Assembly (NCBI GenBank): GCA_965287045.1 | Contig: OZ336885.1 | Coordinates: 64,170,001-64,234,000 of the forward strand | Reading direction: 5' to 3' | Origin: Carcharhinus amblyrhynchos | Taxonomy: Eukaryota | Length of the DNA: 64,000 nt | In this document: one piece after another, positions 37,401 to 49,500 of the stretch | Layout of the letters: each line of letters starts with the position of its first letter | Numbering within the stretch: the stretch's first letter is position 1 | The notes under the pieces: model-generated | What the model was told of the DNA's origin: nothing | Databases searched by the model: none | Seen by the model: only the letters and a program-made list of their open reading frames with translations | Position numbers and translations under genes: made by a program

Positions 37401-38602
37401 TGCATCAACAACTTGCTCATTTTTTTCACACCTGGCAAGGGAAGTAAACTCAGAGTGAAGGTGCAACTAAAATGTGATAGTGTTTCCAGAAAACCGCCAT
37501 GAGTTTTGGTGGGAATCAACGAGCTAAGTTTGGACCCAAATCTGTGAAAAAAAAAACGATTTGAATAGTCAATTGAACCAGAATACCTGTCAGTCAATGA
37601 GGCAACGGATAATTAATCAACCAGCCTGGTCTTTGAATGTGAGGAATCTCGATGAGCCAAATGACCTCTTTGTGCATATTTTGTGTTAGTCTAACGACAG
37701 TTGGCTATATGAGCAGGGAGAGTTTCTTGTGTCAGCGGATTGACTTCTTTGTTCTATGGCTGCATTAAATGAAGGTAAGAGAGATATTAAGGAAAATCGA
37801 AAGGAATATGCAATTATTGAGTTACAGCAGTGCTGGTGTCATTACTAAAACATCCATTTCATCTCATACGTTAATGTGTTTATTGTCTGTCCAAGGTTAC
37901 ATTTATTTGAAATCGCAGGTACAATTGAGATTATTCCTATGGTGTGCTGTATGTTCATTATACTCACCTACTGGAATGACTGACAGGGCAACTCAGTGTT
38001 TCAAGATTGCAAACACAGACCGATCAGCTACAGAGTCGTCATCGAGAGCTAAAACACGCTTAAGGGTTACATGTTAGGTGGGAATGAGTTTTTTTTTTAA
38101 GTGCTTAGGACAGCTGGGAGGGGCCATGAGAAGACATTGTCGGGTCAGACAAAGGAAAACCCTAAGGCTTTTAATGATTATGTGAGAAATAAAATAATGG
38201 CCAGTGTGAGGTTAAGGCCAGCCAAGGACAGTCGTGGGAACTTGTGCATGGAGTCAGAAGAAATAGGTGAGGCATTGAATGAATACTTATCTCGGTGTTC
38301 ACCAGGAGAGGAGCCATGCTTTTGACGATGAGTGTGTAATGCAGGCTGATAGAATGGAGGATGTAAATGCTCTGAGATGTCCTGTGGGAAGATGTATTAG
38401 CAATTTTGAGGAAAAAAAAAATCTGAGGGTCGATACGTCCCCTGGACCAGAAGGGATACATCCTAGGGTACTTTGGGAGGTAAGGGACAAGATTGCAGAG
38501 CGTTTAGCTGTGATCATTGTGCCCTCACTGTCCACGGGGATTGCACAGTAAAAAGTCTGACAACACCAGGTTTTAGTCCAACCGATTTATTTGATAATAG
38601 AC

Positions 38603-38638
38603 TCACAAGCTTTCGAGGTTTCCCTCTTCGTCAGGTGA
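38603..38638 (-). ncRNA. Minimal hammerhead ribozyme in Penelope pLTR (core intact)
   Basis: UCAC-CUGACGA-A-GAGG(GAAA)CCUC-GAAA-GCUU-GUGA: CUGANGA and GAAA boxes, stem II, stem I. Confidence 0.8.
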
Positions 38639-38852
38639 ATGGAGAGTTCTGGCCTCAGACAGAGCATATAAAGCACAGACAGTTTAGAGATTACTGATTA
38701 CAATGCGAATCCTTACACCTAACCTACTGTTCAAGACCTGAAGTGGCTGAAAATGTGAGTGGAAGGAGCACTGATCACAGGTTAAAGAGATGTGTATTGT
38801 CTCCAGACAGTACAGTAAGTGAGGTTTTGCAAACCCAGGCAAGTCACGGGGG

Positions 38853-39691
38853 TTACAGATAGTGCGACATGAACCCAAGATCCCCGTTGAGACCGTCCTC
38901 ATGTGTGCGGAACTTGGCTATCAGTCTCTGATCAGCGACTCTGCGCTGTCGTGTGTCGTGAAGGCCGCCTTGGAGAATGCTTACCCAAAGGTCAGAGGCT
39001 GAATGCCCGTGACCACTGAAGTGTTCGCCAACAGGCAGGGAACAGTCTTGCCTGGTGATTGTCGAGAGATGTTCATTCATTCGTTGTCGTAGCGACTGCA
39101 TTGTTTCCCCAAAGTACCATGTTTCGGGACATCCTTTCTTGCAACGTATCAGGTAGACAATGTTGGCCGAGTTGCAAGAGTATTTACCATGTACCTGGTG
39201 GATGGTATTCTCACGTGTGGTGATGGTATCCATGTCGATGATTCGGCATGTCTTGCAGAGGTTGCTGTGGCAGGGTTGTGTGGAATTGTGGTCACTGTTC
39301 TCCTGAAGGCTGGGTAGTTTGCTGCGAACAATATTCTGTTTGAGGTTGTGTGGTTGTCTGAAGGCAAGAATGGGGGTGTGGGGATAGCCCTGGCGAGATG
39401 TTCGTCTTCATCAATGATATGTTGAAGACTCCGGAGAAGATGTCGCAGCTTCTCCGCTCCGGGGAAGTACTGAACGGCGAAGGGTACTCTGTACACTGTG
39501 TCCCGTGTTTGCCTTCTGAGGAGATCGGCGCGGTTTTTCGCTGTGGCGCATCGGAACTGTCGATCTATGACTCGAGCACCATATCCTGTTCTTCTGAGGG
39601 CATCTTTCAGGGTCTGGAGGTGTCTGTCACGATCCTCCTCATCTGAGCAAATCCTGTGTATACGGAGGGCTTGTCCATAGGGAATGGCTTC
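38853..39691 (-). pseudogene. Penelope RT thumb plus GIY-YIG endonuclease (5'-truncated, frameshifted)
   Basis: AIPYGQALRIHRICS...GY; YSCNSANIVYLIRC...WYFGETMQSLRQRMNEH...VGEHF...GLNGD. Confidence 0.92.
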
Positions 39692-39962
39692 CGCACACAT
39701 GAGGACGGTCTCAGCAGGGATCTTGGGTTCCCGTCGCACTATCTGTAACCCCCGTGACTTGCCTGGGTTTGCAAAACCTCACTTACTGTACTGTCTGGAG
39801 ACAATACACATCTCTTTAACCTGTGATCAGTGCTCCTTCCACTCACATTGTCAGTCACTTCAGGTCTTGAACAGTAGGTTAGGTGTAAGGATTCGCATTC
39901 TAATCAGTAATCTCGAAACTCTCTGTGCTTTATATGCTCTGTCTGAGGCCAGAACTCTCCAT

Positions 39963-39998
39963 TCACCTGACAAAGAGGGAAACCTCGAAAGCTTGGGA
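39963..39998 (+). ncRNA. Minimal hammerhead ribozyme, mutated copy
   Basis: CUGACAA instead of CUGACGA, and GGGA instead of GUGA. Confidence 0.7.
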
Positions 39999-41669
39999 GT
40001 CTATTATCAAATAAATCGGTTGGACTAAAACCTGGTGTTGTCAGACTTTTTACTGTGTTTACGCCAGTCGAACGCCGGCATACCCACATCATGGGGATTG
40101 TGCCAGAGAACTGGAGAGTGGCAAATGTCGTTCCTCTCTTCAAGGATGGAAATAGGAATGGCTCTGCTAATTATAGGCCAGTTAGTCTTACTTTGGTAGT
40201 CAGTAAGTTAATCAAAAGGCTTCTGAGACATAGGATTTTTGACCATTTGGAAAGATACAGCTTAATCCTGGAGAGTCAGTAGGGTTTTGTGAGGGGTAAG
40301 TCCTGTCTCACAAATTTGAGAGATTTCTTTGAGGAGGTAACTAGGTTTGTAGATGAAAGTAGAACAGTTGATGTCATATATATATGGATTTTAGTAAAGC
40401 GTTGTTATGGTTCCCCATGGTAGGTTCATGAAGAAAGTAAGGAGGTGTGGAATAGAAGGAAATTTTGCCGATCGGCTGATTAACCGGCTGTCTGATTGAA
40501 GACAGAGGGTGGTGGTGGAGGGGAAATTTTCAGGCTGGTGGCCAGTTACCAGTGGTGTATCTCAGGGATCAGAGCTGGGTCCTCTGCAATTTGTGATTTT
40601 TATCAATGACTTGGAAGAGGGGGCCGAAGGGTGGTTTAATAACTTTGCTCAAGACACCAAGACTGGTGAGTTAGTGGATGAGGTGACGGGTTGTTGTAGT
40701 CCTTAAAGAGACATTGATAGGATGCAGAGCTGGGCAGAAACATGACAGATGGAGTTTAACACTGATTAGTGTGAGTTGATTCATTTTGGTAAGACAAATT
40801 TGAATGTGGATTACAGGGTCAACGGCAGTGTTCTGAGGAATATGGAGGAACAGAGAGATGTTGGTGTTCACATCCACAGATCTCTTAAGGTTGCCACTCA
40901 AGTGGGTAGAGCCGTGAGGAAGGCTTATAATGTGTTAACGATTATCAACAGGGGGTTTGAGTTTAAGATCCATGGGTTATGCTGCAACTATGCCGGACAT
41001 TGGTGAAACCACATTTGGAATATTGTGTGCAGTGCTGGTCACTCCGCTAAAAGAAGGATGTGGAAGCATTGGAAAGAGTGCAGAGGAGATTTACCAGAAT
41101 GCTGCCTATTTTGGAGGATGGGTCTTATGAAGAAATGTTGAGGGTGCTGGAACTTTTTCCCTTTAGAGCAGAGGAGGATGTGAAGCGACCTAACAATAGC
41201 TCATAACTTGATGAGGGGAACAGATAGGGTGGACATGCCAAAACTGTTTCCTGGGTTGGGTATAGAAGTTACTAGGGGGCAGAACGGTGGGAGATATAGG
41301 AGGCATGTCCGAGGTAGATTTTTTTTTTTACTCAGAGTGATTGTTTGTGGTGTGGAATGCACTGTCTGCAGTGATAGTGGTGTCGGACACTTTAGGGACT
41401 TTCAAGCGGTTATTGGATAGGTGGATGGAGCACACCAGAATGATAGATTGATCTTGGGTTTGCACATAGCTTAGCACAACATCGAGGGCCGAAGGGCCTG
41501 TACTCTGCTGTACTGTTCCACGTTCTATGTTCTGTAGGCATTTTTCCATGATTGAATTGGTAATAAATGGTTGCTAGTTTTCACGCTAAGTCTCAACGTA
41601 TCATTAAAAAAAAGATAAAAGTTCATTGAGACATTTGAATCGCAGCTGCAATAAGACATGTTAACCTTA

Positions 41670-41955
41670 CATGACCAATTCAAAATATTGGCCCAGGCTG
41701 ACTTCGTAAAATACCTCGGAGTTTCTGATCTGGATCATAACAAGGCTCCTCCCCGGACACTGTCATCCCCTGTATTAATCTTCACCATCCCTCCTAACTT
41801 TCACATCTTTGGACTGTAAGAGGAGAAAGTATCAATCAGAGCAAACCAAGCAGACAGAAGTAGACTTTTCCCGTTCCACAGTCACTATGTGTTGTTTTCG
41901 AACCCAGTCCCTGACCATGGGAGCTGTCAATGCTAACGATTGTGCCACTGTGCCG
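41670..41955 (-). mobile_element. Decayed SINE remnant
   Basis: CACATCTTTGGACTGT.AGAGG and TCGAACCC...GCTAACGATTGTGCCAC, as in the other V-domain SINEs. Confidence 0.6.
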
Positions 41956-42749
41956 TCACACCGATGTCAAAAAATGATTGAATTCCTGGTGCTTACATTT
42001 TAGTCGACGAGCAGAAAAAAAAACATTTGATAAAAATATTAAGCAGAATTTAGGTGTGCAAGTTTAATTCAACTTATGTAAGCACATGGATCGTTATGTC
42101 CGAATGGGAAAACCATAATCTAAGTTTAGGGACCAAAAAAAAATAAACGTGAATGAACACAAGCGGAGGTCGGTTGGTGTATTTCCGTTGAATAAATTTT
42201 GTTTGACGAGTTGGGTCCAAAGGGCATCCCATAACAAGTCTACAACTTGTACTTTCATGTTGTTAAATGAACATAAATTGACCACATAAGTTGGTGAATT
42301 TATATGTTTAATGCATCTAGAATCATTTGCGGCCCTGCACCAAAACACTCTGATCAAATGAAGTGGTGAAGTTTAAAATGGTTTACCTGAACAATGTTTT
42401 GGTGGATAGGCTGGCAGAGTCCGACGGTTAGAACCGCTTTACCGTCCGTGTGTACGCCCTGTCTTATCTTCATGAAGATCAAAATACAATACTTCCGTAA
42501 CCACATGTGAAGAGGAAGATTGCAATTCGACAATTCATCTAATCAACAGCGTTGTTGCGTTACGGAAATATGTGTCGTGACGACACAGTAATTTTAAATG
42601 TTGTGCTTTGTTTTTTTTCGAACTCATGTTACGTTCTCAGTTCAAAGATCCGTTAAGTCCCCATAAGGTGAAGTCAATAAATTGAAAGAACTGCAGTGAT
42701 AGATTGCAGTGGCTGTAGAACATAAAAACGATTTCCCCCCAATCTTCAG

Positions 42750-43505
42750 ATTGGACCTACATTTTGTAAGGTTTAATACAGCTAGGAATTATACAGGAAA
42801 TCGCAGAGCCGTTCAGAATACTGATAAGCAGAGGGATCTGGGTGTACATGTACAACGGGTCACTAAGAGAGACAATGCAGATGGAGGAGATAGTCAAGAA
42901 AACATACGGCGTGTTTACCTTCGTTGGATGTGGCATTGAGTTTAAAAATAGGCAAGCCATGTTGCTGGTTAATAGAACTTTATTTAGGTCGCACTTGGAA
43001 TGTAGTGTTCAATTCTGGTCACGACACTACCAGAAGGGTTTGAAGGATTTGGAGAGGGTACAGTAAAGATTTACGAGGTTGTTGCCTGGTATAGAGGGCC
43101 TTTGCTATGAGGAGAGTTTGGACAAACTTCGTTTGTTCTCACAACCTGAGAAATGTCGTCAAGATTATGAGGGGCATTGACAGAGTGGATATTCAGAAGT
43201 GTATTTATTTATTTTTTTCCGCCGAAGGAAGAGTCAATTACGAGGAGCACGCGGTAAATGTGCAAGTGCCTAAGTTTATAGCAGATGTACTAGGTAGATT
43301 TATTACACAGAGGGTGGTGGGTGCCTGGGACTTGTTGCCGGGGCACGTAGTGGAAGCACTTACGGTGGTGATTTTTAAGAGACAAATTGCAAATACACGA
43401 ACATGATGCGAGTAGAGGTATGTAGGACCCACAAGGGTTTGGCGTCTTTGTTAATTCGGCAGCATGGTCGCGGCAAGTCTGATACTGTATTTTCATTTTC
43501 TGTGT
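42750..43505 (+). mobile_element. CR1 3' fragment
   Basis: QRDLGVHV, HLECSVQFWS, FITQRVVGAW. Confidence 0.85.
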
Positions 43506-46500
43506 TCTTCTTTCTTCACGAACTGCGTAACCCGAAACTGTTTAATGTTCCAGTTTTAGTGTTTTCAGCGTATGGGCTTGCTTTAAAGATTTCAGGACGC
43601 AGTATCGATATTTGATTCAGCAAACAGAATCATCCTATTGCTTTCAAACGAAATGCACGTCGATTTCATACATTTGCCATGACCTCCTAAACTTAACACG
43701 TTGCTAACACAAGGAGTCTGTTGTTCTCGATTTTGACGGCGGACTGGCACATTTGATGGTCTGATTGCAGTTGATATGAGTAATGCTGTAATTTGAGCAA
43801 CATTAATTGCATTTAAAGATAATACACTAACTCGGCATACTGACCTGCGGGCTGCTGTGTTGACATAGGTTGTTCCAGGGTACGCTTGCGAAATTCAATC
43901 ATCTTGAAATGTTTCAGAGATTGAAAAACGGTGCGTGCAGATTTCGCGATAGCAAGTGAAATGTTTTTATTTTGGAACGCATGGAGAGGAAAATAAGTGA
44001 TTAGATCCCAGTTAGCTTAGAGTAAGTAGCAGGAAACGCAAGGATCGATAATGAACAATTTTAAAAAATCAGGCATTTGGAAAATTAGACTGTGAATCGT
44101 GATTGTAGACTTTTTTTTTCACTTAACTAATGTCGTTTTTACCAAACCTGTTGGGTTTTGTTTGCAGTGTGTACCGGGCAATTTTAATGAAGGATGCATT
44201 TTCTTATGTTATACTCATATGATAATTATTTGTTCAACAACGTCCCATGCAGATGATTAGTCAGCAAAACTAGTTACAATATGGAATACAGGAAGTGAAA
44301 CCTGGCAGACGCCAGACGATTTGCTGCAAAAAGGCATTAATGAATACGGCCACAATCCATTTATTGGGAAAAAAAATAAACAGCATGCTCGAGCAATATA
44401 TTCAAAAACCTGCTGTACATAAAGACATGTAACGGTTCTCGTGATAGAATAATAGTTGACTGATCTCAAGTAATCATGTTCATCAAGTCAGAGAAGGGAT
44501 AAAACAAAACCTAAACAGAAATAAATTCCAGTCTAGAAATAAACTGCACACGAATTGTTTGAACTAAGGAGAAATGAACAAAACATGCTCATGAAAATTT
44601 AGCTTAAGGGGGCGTTCCTGAATGAAATCAGGAAACAAATCTTTGACTGGTGCGTTACGAGATTTTTGGATGCAGCCGGGATATTCAGCAATAATTGACA
44701 AACCCTCATTTTCTCGATTCCCAGCCAAATTCCACACCTCTCCCCCCCATACACACCTCTGATTTTTCAACTTCCAGCGTAAAAACAAAGCTGAAAATGC
44801 ATTTATTTCATCTACAGGTAAACCGAATACATTTCCAGCGGTGTATGTCGCCAGTTCAGATCATAACAGTATTAAGTAACTGCAACATCTTACAGATCGA
44901 TAATTTTGATATATGCATCTAATTTCACTTATTTCATGTTGACTTCAAGTGTAGTAAGCTATGTTTGTATTAGCGCGTAGTAAGGGTTGTTAAATTTGTA
45001 GTGCACCGTTGTTTTTTTAATGCCTTTCCTGATCAATTTGTGTCACAACTTCTGGAGTTCGTTTATACATTTGATTGCCTATTTTGCTCTTTTGCTGTTT
45101 TTCATATTTGATGCGAATGAAGTTCGTATTACTCACCAACTGATGCATCGTCCCCAACTGTGAAAATGAAAGATTGAGCAAAATGAGTAATCTGTGCGAT
45201 CATGTCGAATGACCACATTGAGGATTTTAGAGCAATCTCCTTCCATAAATTTACCTATTAAACATTGCTCCAGCCTTGCTTCTGAAATTGAAAATATGGT
45301 ATGTTAATAGAAAGATTTATTTCTGACATGCAAGATGTATAATTCATAAACGAGTAAAAACAAACATAATTTTTATAACTTATTTTACTCTTTTTTCCCG
45401 TGGTGACGAGTCCAGTTGTTGTTTCAAATATTCTACTGGATTGCATTATGTTATCAGATAGAACGCTATAATCCAATCCAGCAGAAAAAAAAAGACTGAA
45501 TATTAAACTGGACACTTCGCCATATAACAGGGAAAATGATCAATAAAAAGCTTGACAATTTGATCCCATGTTCACCTTCGTCATTTTTTTTTCCTGCTCA
45601 TCACAGGTCCTTGGATTTTTCTGTTTCCCATGTCCTTCCTCTTGGATGTTTCCTTGAAAGTATTCATTTCATATCTCCCTTGGCCATCATTGATTGATTG
45701 CATTTTATTTTTGCAAAGATAAACATTTAGTAGGGAAATGCCAATAATTGGAAAACATATTTATTTATGTTTCAACGATGCTTTCTCTCCAGCTTACTGT
45801 TTCCATTTTACTATGTGTGCAAAATCCCCAGTGTGTGTCACAGTTGTGCATATCTTCACTTTCCTTTCTGCAGCATTTCGATAATTGAAACTGAATGCGC
45901 TAATTGAAGTTTCTGCTCCACCAAAACATACATTCACGTGCAAACAGACTATAACACACATACAGAGGCAAACAGGAGCGCATAGTCATGCAACTGCATT
46001 ACGTAATATCAGTTGAAAGACATTACTTTTATTATCGATGTACGCACGTCAAAGCTCACTCCGCTCTTACTCATGATTCAAATCGATGTTTGTTCTTGAT
46101 GTGTCTGCAAACATTTATTTCCTGAACTGCACAATGTCAATTCTGGCTTTGGGCAGTAATTTATTCGTTGCAATTTATAATTCTTTGACGAACTTGCTGT
46201 GCCATGGAACTGTTAATCATTTCGTAATGTGATCATGAAGTGACATAATCATTGCCACAAATGATGAATCAATTTAACATCCATCTTTACCTGTATCATT
46301 GAGGGCTTGTTTCATTCTCTCAAGTTCTGTCAAACAGGACCGATTATTTATCTCGTTTACATTGTACCTCGTGAAAAAAATGTGCCTTAATTTCATCCGC
46401 AATAAATCTGCGCAACGACTAACAAAATATCAGTCATTTCTTTTCAATGACAGTACAACAGTCCCCTCCATAACCAGTCCTCAATTCTACAAGCACACAA

Positions 46501-49500
46501 TACTGGCTTTGAAAAAGGGAAAAGAAAACTGATGATTTTCTTCATTCATCATTAACTAATAGAAAGTGGGGATATATCAGCAGGGAACATGGCCTGTCTG
46601 TGCTTGGCAAAAAAAAAGTCGATGACATGTGTTGCCTGTGTATTGCGACTGAGGGCTCCAAGCGGGCCTTTTCGCCCTACCACTGGAGTTCGTGATGAGT
46701 AGGTTCGTGATACGGAACCTGGTCATCTCGATAGGAAGTATATAGAACAAACAAAAACAAGTGTCCGGACAAAAAAAAACAACAGGCACTGACAATAAAG
46801 CATACATTTGCACCACGCAAACGATGTGCGTATGCAATCAGATATCTTAACATTGAAGTCAACAATAAGTTCAGAACGAAACAATATCATAGCTACTCTC
46901 TGAGGGAAATCATTGATCAAATCTTCGCCGCAACATTCATGTACGTAATCCATGTACAGATAATATAATCATATGAGACAAAAAACAGATAAACAATAAT
47001 ATAAACTTTTAGCCTAACTCAGCAAATTATGCTTGGAATTTTGTAATGACGTTTTGCTCAGAGAGTAACAAAAATGCGACTTCAAGCTACGTTGTCAATA
47101 AACTTACAAACGTATTACCTATATCCTTTTCAAGTATACGATCTGCTGTATGGGAGAGAAATTAAAATATTCCAGATTGTGCCAGTTGAGAACATGACTT
47201 TAGACAATGTTTTACGAGTACGAAAACTGCAATTAATGTCGCCAGTCATTTACATCTCCAAAAAGGACATTACGTTCACAGTGCACACATGTCCCCAGTC
47301 TGTTTCTCCGGATATGTGCCTGTTTTAGTTTCTGTCTATATGAGCATCCGTACCTCCGTGTGGTCGGTCACAGCAATTGGAACTTCGCATACTCATGGCA
47401 TTATCGAATATGCAGTTCGGGAATAAGCTTAAGTATCGTGGTAACGATGGCTGCACTCATTCTTCTTTTTTATTGAGTTGGGATTTTGACAGAAATAATG
47501 GTCGCTCCATTCAACTTCTGAGCATGCACAGTGATCAAACTCGTCCATGTATGTTTTTATTAAGGCATCAGTAAATAGACCTGGATAACGATTATTGGGT
47601 TCCATGCAATATGCGTTTTTTTCTAATCTTCCGGTCTATGAGACAACATAGCACTGAACACAATTTGTCCAGATACTTCATTTGCTGACAGCTTCAGATT
47701 TCAGCTCCCTGTATCTGATAATGTGGCGTTCATGAAACCCGCAATGAGACAGGGGAAAAAAAAAATGCAGCGGAACAATTCAAGAAACTAATACATTTCC
47801 TTTACTGAAAAAAAAACATCGGTGTCTGTCCAAGTTTGTTGACTTCGCTGAGAAAAATATATTTGATGAACAAACTTAATTGTATTTCCTTTTGAGTCAA
47901 TTAGCTGGTTGTGCACTATCTTTTATGCAGAAGGTTGTTGATACTTACTAAGCATTGAATCGTTAGCATTATTTCGCCACTTATCTCGGGAAGAAAGGCA
48001 ACATGCTTTACTCGATACTATTTCCCTTCAGTGAGTGTACTGTTGCCTGTAGACGAAACTTTTCCTTTTTTTTTTCTGAATGCTCGATTTCAGATGCAAT
48101 CAGAATTTCTTCCAGTAAATTTGTAAAGTTTAAATTACAGATTATGTGTTTTGTGGAAGGCTGATCAATCTTTTGGGCAATTATTTAATGCATTGCTTTA
48201 TAAGCATTCTCTTTCAATATACGCACGTTCAAGATTGCAAAGCTGCATGTTGTGCGGTGCTATTGCATAATCTAATTATATTTATGCTATTTTCGAATTG
48301 TGATTTTTAATATTTCCTTGAAAATCCTCACACTCCTTTTATTTCGAAAGACAATCATTCATAAATATGAATGGACATTCAGAAGCGGTTACGTTTCCTA
48401 ATAAATAAATAACCTAAAATTGAAATAGGAGAAAACAAACGTGACGGCATTCTGCCGCGTTGAAAATTAAGGATATCATTTCCCTTTATATATTCTGCTA
48501 AAAATAACAGTTCTTGGGATTTAATTAGTAAAGTCATAAGAAATTTGAGATGAGGGTCATTAGTAATCACCGTGAATTTCGAGCCTATTTTTCCATTCAG
48601 CAATTTCTTAGTACACCTGTTTGCAGCTTCACGCCTATTGCTGAGAGATATTATTTCAATACTTAACTCCCAATGTTATATTGTTGATAGTCTCCAATGA
48701 CGTCATGACATTTTGAGTGTAGAGAAAATGCTATCAATCTACTTAATTGACAAAATATTGTGTCACCCGTGACAGCTATTTCCAAATAACTTTCCAATGG
48801 AAGACATATCGCCCTCCCCCCCACCACTCCGACCCAAATTCAGTAATGTCCTCCAGGAACAAAAAATTAAGGGTCGACATTTGTCTTGGTGGTGCAATAA
48901 GTTGATGCACAAATGCACCCAGAAGTATGTGTTGAGTGCAGTGGTGTACCGAGATAAAGTTCACAACTCTCTGCTGGCAAGATAATCTGAATAGTGTGCC
49001 TCAAAACGTTATCGACTACTGTTTCCGTTGTTACTTCCCAACCCAGCTTTAATCCTATTTAACACTATTATGATAAACTGAAGCTCTTTGAGCAAATATT
49101 GAAGGTATTGCATGCCAAAGTCATGTTCATATTCTAGTGTTGTTTCTGTTCACATTAATTTGTTCCTGGCTTGGCCACCAAAAACAAAATCCACTGAGAT
49201 CTCTTAACTGCTGCAATGCTGTCCACCTGTCCATGTTTAATCATAATCTGGTCCTCACATTGGGCGAAGCGGTTGGCCATCAGGACTATGAATTCCTTCC
49301 ATGGCGGGACTGTGTCTCTTGTGTCCGCAGCTATTTGGCGTTGTTTACGAATGAACATTCTGTTTCATCGCATTTGCCGAGCTTGTTTAAGATTTTGTTA
49401 CCTGTTCAGGATTTGATCAAATCCATCTATCGTGTCGATTGTTAATATTTGGAACCTTACCCGCGTGAATGGCTGTTTTTTTCTTTGTTGATTCTTTGCC

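Larger units (their letters stand above)
38544..40092. mobile_element. Penelope-like retroelement with inverted pLTRs and 8-bp TSD
   Basis: 369-bp inverted repeats 38544-38912 / 39689-40057, GGGGATTG TSD (38536-38543 / 40093-40100), GIY-YIG ORF. Confidence 0.95.
38100..41535 (+). mobile_element. 5'-truncated decayed CR1 (ORF2 to 3' tail), interrupted by Penelope
   Basis: KENPKAF, SPGPEGIHPRVL, VPENWRVANVVPLFK, NYRPVSLT, VTSGVSQGS; GGGCCGAAGGGCCTGT and TGTTCTA tail. Confidence 0.92.

Noticed and set aside
38473-38902. Near-identical ORF pairs here and at 39684-40143
   Set aside because: Simply the two arms of the Penelope inverted repeat read in corresponding frames
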